The position numbers and the translations under genes were made by a program. Shown here one piece after another: positions 58,861 through 64,000 of a stretch of 64,000 nucleotides of DNA; position 1 is the stretch's first letter; each line of letters begins with the position of its first letter. Origin of the DNA: Vicugna vicugna (lineage: Eukaryota). The DNA is taken from NCBI GenBank assembly GCA_013265495.1, contig MU057560.1:508753-572752 (forward strand). Reading direction: 5' to 3'. The notes beneath the pieces were generated by a model. The model saw nothing but the letters and a program-made list of their open reading frames with translations, did no database searches and was not told the DNA's origin.

Positions 58861-61800
58861 AAGACGCTTAGAGAAGCCCGCCTCTTCCCTGTGTGTCCAC
58901 GAGGCCTGAGGGATGACCTTCAGGCCAGGGGTGCCCACGCCCACCCATAAAAGAAATACCAGGGGACCCAGTGCCACCCCATCCAAGGCCTCCGCGTGTC
59001 CCCGGACACACACGCCTTTCCCGAGAGCGGCCAGCATGGCAGTCCCAGCCGTGTGTTTGAAGACATCCTCATGACAGGTTGGTCTTCCCTTCTCTCCCAG
59101 ACCAGCAGCGATGCCCTGGGATTATTTCAGAAATAAACTGCCCGTTTGTTCATTGTAGACTTGGGGGCTCCTGGGGCAAGAACACTCCACCGTTCCCAGG
59201 TAGACCTCACACCACAGGCCGGGCAAGCCGTCTGAGGCAGCGTCACACCTGAGGCAGCGGGACCGTGTGAACGAGCCATGCACGCCGAGCGCCCCGGGGC
59301 CAGGAGTGGTCACTATTGACGAAAGCAGAAGCTCTGAGTCGGCAGCGCTCCCTCGGAGCCTGGCTCCGGCTGCCACGTGCTGTCTGTGGTCCTGGGCGCT
59401 TGCTCCCCGCCACGTGTCCCATGTTTCCCCGTCTGCACGTGGAGAGCCCTGAGTGTCCCTGTCCCAGACGAGCCTGCAGGTGCCAGTGAACGAGCCCAGC
59501 GCAGCGCACATCCTCGGTGTCCAGAATGTGGCCCTTACGATGACTTCACATTATCCTCAGACCGATGCCAGCCAGGAAGAGTCACACAGACTTTGCAGGA
59601 AGGAGGCCCGGAGAAACGAGGGCTCAGGCATCGCTGAAGAAGCACAGTCAGTCCGTGATAGGCGCCCAGTCTTTCATGGCTCCCACTTGTCTCTTGTAAA
59701 AAAGCACGTTTCATATCTAAGAAAACAGCACATTTAAAAAGGATGTTCTGCAGGAGACCTGTGACAGGGGAAGCCTCACTTTTTAGCCACAATTTGTTTT
59801 CCAATATTATCATTTCATGATCATCTAATTAAGCAGACCGGTTCATTACAAGCCACACTAAGGTGCTAATTTGATCCCCACCAGTGACTTTTTTCCCCAA
59901 GCTTGTTTACCTGGGAAGCCATGTGTAACTAAAGGAAATCCCCGCAGGTGAGCAGGAGGGGATGGGGCGTGTCTTCTGCCTAATATTTCTCCAAACCGGA
60001 GTCCAGAATCTCCAGGCCCCAGAGGTTTAATTACCATGTGCAGCCTGCTGTTTCGGGGTGGGGGTGGGCATTGGGGACCCTCCCGCCCTCTCTGAGGCAG
60101 GGGCCAGCGGTGGGGTCCACTGACGGCACAGGGACAAAGAGGGACCAGTGCATCTGGCCAGGGGTCTGCATTCAATTTGGAACTTGAAATGGAACGTTCA
60201 CCTTTTCCAGCAAATTCTGTATGTTCGAAGGATCTAACGTTCCCTCCAGCCCTCCTGGCCAAGGAGGAAGAGGACTCACAGGGCTTGCTTTGTCACAGAG
60301 TGTGAGCGAGGAGCCCTTTGGAACCTAGCAATTGGTTTTTGTTTGATGACCAGCTCCTGCCACAAAAGGGGACCCACCCCGTCCCCAGCATTCAATTAAC
60401 CCTATGTGAGACAGGCAGGGGATTAAGAAGGTTGGCTCAGGCCCCATTCAGAAGGTTCCGAGGGGGGCTTTGTCAGAGGATTCTTCCAAACAAAGGTTGC
60501 CAAACTAAGTAGCTTTTTTTTTGTCGCTTAGCTCTGCCCTATTGTTACCACGAAAGCGACCTTTTCCACTTAATTGGGGCTTTAGAATTCCGCCTCCATT
60601 GTGTGTGTCTGTAAGTAGCACGCTGCCGAGGGGCTGTGTGAGTTTATGAATATAAGCATTTCTGCATCGGGTGATTCCAAGGCCGTTTGTGTATTTGGGT
60701 CCCCTGACGTGGGTTACTGTAGAAAAAATCATCATCCTGAGATGCTCAGGGCAACCATCGCTTGTTTCCGTATATCGAGTCCCTGTTACGCGTTAGGCAC
60801 TGTAATCCACGCTTTGGGTGTTTTGTTTCTAGTGTCACAATTAACTGCGTTACAGGCCAGAACGGGACGGTTCCCGCGGAAGGGAAGCCGAGGCTGGCGG
60901 CGAGCACTCAGCCTCCCCACTCCGCTGGGCCCCGAGACATCATTTATCACACTTTCCATCTCTGCTTATTTATCAGGCCTCCTGCTTTGGATCCCCAGTG
61001 AGATGGGCAACCTGGGACAGACCAGGGGTTATGACGGGCATCTGGGTGCACACACGGAGAAAACACAGACGGCCGCGGGGTCAGATGGGAAGCGCTGACG
61101 GGCGCACCGGCGCTGGTGCCGTGCAGCGGGGCGCGGTGAGGCCTGAGGAAAATCGGAGATGAAGCTCCCCTCAGAGACACTTCCACTCAAATTCACTTTA
61201 TTCATCTACTTTCTAATCACTAAGCCAACCCGAGGAAAGAGGTCTGGGTCTGGGCCTGGGGACGGGGCCTCCAGGGGAGACCTCTGCGCTCTGTGGATGG
61301 CACCCCGCAGGTGTGGCAAAGTGGGGACCCTCAGACCTCCTCCCACAGCTGGCATGGTGCGGCGCCCGGGGCTCTCAGGGTCGGAAGACTCCAAGTTCAG
61401 CTCCCACATCTGGCTCCCCGTGCAGCTCGGGACTGGGGGTCTCCAGTGGTTGGCTTCAGGCAGGGCAGGCGCTCCTGCAGCCCTGGACCTGGGCCGCCTC
61501 ACCCCTTTGGGCCGGTGGCCTCACCTGTGGCTACCTGACTACGTCACCTCTGTGCCAAAGGGACCAAGGTTCCTGGGGACCAATCTCCTATGTTCAGGTC
61601 CAGGGTGACAGGAGCCTTAGTCTCCCGTCACACAAATGGTGCGCACGTGTAATTCCCAAACCGAGGGCACAAAGTCCTTAACTCAGCCAGTCAGGCACTG
61701 TGCCACTCAGGGACACCCAAACATCAGTTTTGTAAATGTTATGCCAAAAACAACAACAAAAAACCATCTAGATACAGGGCACCAAAGAAGATCTGCTCAC

Positions 61801-63359
61801 GCTCCCCTGTTTGCACAGATGAGCAGACATCTTGTACCTAAAACATCACACAAAAGGTGAGTAACTGATAAGCCTATTGAGAAACTGAAATAAGAAAACA
61901 AAAAAGTGGTCTGTTTTCGCAGAACGAGTTCAACTATCCAGAAAGGTTCCATCAGGAAAGCCTGGGTGTCCGCTCTGTCAAGGGAATCAGGGCTTTGTCC
62001 AGGATGGGAGGGGGTGTCTGTGAACGCCCTGCCCCTTGCTGGGTTCCCTTTAGCGGCCTGGACAGGGTCATTGAGCCTGCGAGGCCCACGTGGGTCAGTC
62101 AAGTATCCGAACAGTGAGATTGGATCTGGGCGTCCTACACCACCGTCGGGAGTGGGATGTTCGTGCTGCAGCTGAAATACTTCAAACGGCTGGGAGTTAG
62201 ACTGCGAGCAATCTCACCCACCAGTGAAGCAGCCAAGGCCACAGATAAACAGACAAAACCTCTTTGCATCAACTGAAGCAGAAGCTGCCAGGGCCCTGTC
62301 ACAGACACCGTGTCCCGGGTCTCCCTAGATGGCTCCAGGCCCGCACTGCGATCCAGCGTGCCCCTTGTGCACATGTCGTAACCAGCTTCATCATGCACAT
62401 CCCTAGTTCTCTCCAGATCAGAAGAAAGACGTCACACTGAGAAACCTTGCTCTTATTATAAGGAAATGCACCAAGGGAGGAAGAAGCAAGCACTGACAGT
62501 TGACTGGGAAAAAAAACAAATGATGAAATGTTGAGAACTACCTGAAACGAACATGAAAATTCAAGAGACATGGTGGCTTAAGGCTACTTAAAGGAGCAGA
62601 AAACCTCCCTGCAGAGCCCTGAAGAGACCACTGCACTCCATCACAGTGTGTGGTGTTTGCTCTTCTTAAGGAGAAAGAAAATGATAGAATTAATTTTAAA
62701 TAATTTCTATATAAAATGGTCAAAATTGAAAAATAAATAAACACTCAGCTCTCTGGGGAACTCAATTCCCATCCTGACCTGTTATTTCCCAACAGTCTTG
62801 GATGCCTGACACTTCTCTCGTTTGGCCATTAAATCTCCTTTTATTATAAAACTATAAAAACTGTGTAAGAGCAGGCATGGATGGAGGCCGGCTTTCCACC
62901 TCTAACAGCCTTGGACCAGACCTCAGAAATGCAGCCTCTGAGGTCCCTTCCCAGTGTCCATCCTGTCCCGGTGATAAGAATGAACTCAACTGGCATCCAC
63001 TGTCAGCTTTGGCCCCTCTATTTGGGGAGGCTGCTGAAGAGGAGAGATGGCAGGCCTCCTGTCTAAGACCGTTTAGAGCAGGAGGGCAGGGGATCCGAAA
63101 TGACAACACAGGTGTCATTCTGCAGAGGAGGGCCGGTGGCCCCAGCTCTGCTGGCAGGGCACCCCCACTGCACGTGGGCACCACTGTGAGCTGCTCTCCA
63201 TGGGGATGCCCTGCGCCAGGGAGCCCGGGGCCCCTTCAGGTGTGAAGGGACAGAACTCCTCTGTACAAGACAACAGAGAGCATGCACGAGGAAGCACAGT
63301 GTGAAGACGGGCTGTCTGAGGGAGCGCTGGAGTATCTGCATCTGAACTTCTTGCTCTTT

Positions 63360-64000
63360 CTCACCTTCCCTTCTGAACAAAGTAGAAAACTGGGGGAAAC
63401 AGACAAGGTGTCAAGTTTCCGTGTGTTAAAACCTCAGTGATGACCCTCCGTTCCCACTCTCCCTGAACACACCAACATCCCCAGCCCGTCCCCATCCAGC
63501 CCGTCAGGAGTCCCCTGGACTCCAAAAGGCATCGCCCCCGCCACCTCTCCCCCAAGTCCAGGGCCTGTCATTTCCTGCCAGGTCCTCCTCAATAACCTTC
63601 TAAGCCATACCCCCACCGCCATCCCTGCCCCCCAAATTCATCCTTCCCCACAAGCCAGTGGGATTTCTCAAAACACCAATCAGTGTCACAATCCAGTTGT
63701 CACAATCCAGTTATAAAGCTTCCCAGCATCACCCGGTACACTCTTCACAAACACAGATTCGAGACTGACCTTGCCTCTCCCTGACCTCTGCCTGGACCAC
63801 AGCCCCCTCCTTCCCTCGCCTCGGCCATGCTGGCTGGCCTCTCTTGCTCCTCACACGAGCCCTGAACAGTCTACCCCAGGACCTTTGCACTCACTCTCCC
63901 CTTGGCATGGGTCCCTCCTGCTCCTGATGCTTCACCTTGTTCCCAGCTCAAACAGGTGCTTACATCCCAAGTTGCCTATCTTGACAACTTAAGTCCAAAA
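63360..64000 (+). mobile_element. L2 fragment
   Basis: Pyrimidine-rich L2 body, with CCCCAGGACCTTTGCAC and TCAAACAGGTGCTT. Confidence 0.6.
63684..63711. repeat. Perfect 14-bp tandem duplication TGTCACAATCCAGT x2
   Basis: Read directly from the sequence. Confidence 0.95.

Noticed and set aside
1..64000. Assigning a named gene or syntenic locus
   Set aside because: I recognised no exon, so any name would be a guess.

Overview
This is mammalian genomic DNA, very likely camelid, based on five copies of a tRNA-derived SINE of the Vic-1 type. The window looks intergenic or intronic. I could not support any intact protein-coding gene, and the long ORFs in the track are GC-rich, low-complexity chance frames or L1 fragments. 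It contains L1, L2, MIR, MaLR (MLT1), LTR16-like, MER20 and Tigger5/MER47 repeats, microsatellites, several small CpG islands and two motif-dense enhancer-like elements. GC and CpG content visibly rise from left to right. The best leads are: (1) a hidden, degenerate 21-nt tandem array at about 21.87-22.15 kb that reads as a broken PVEMQTP-like heptapeptide repeat between two minus-strand splice acceptors, next to a 130-nt open exon-like segment, which may be a decayed or unannotated gene; (2) strong AT-to-GC drift inside old L1 copies plus many CACGTG hexamers in the right third, suggesting GC-biased gene conversion; (3) a textbook twin-primed, 5'-inverted L1; (4) several candidate lncRNA promoters and exons. 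Repeat subfamily names come from recalled consensus sequences, not a database search, and most repeat boundaries are approximate. I cannot name the locus, and I do not claim a new biological system.
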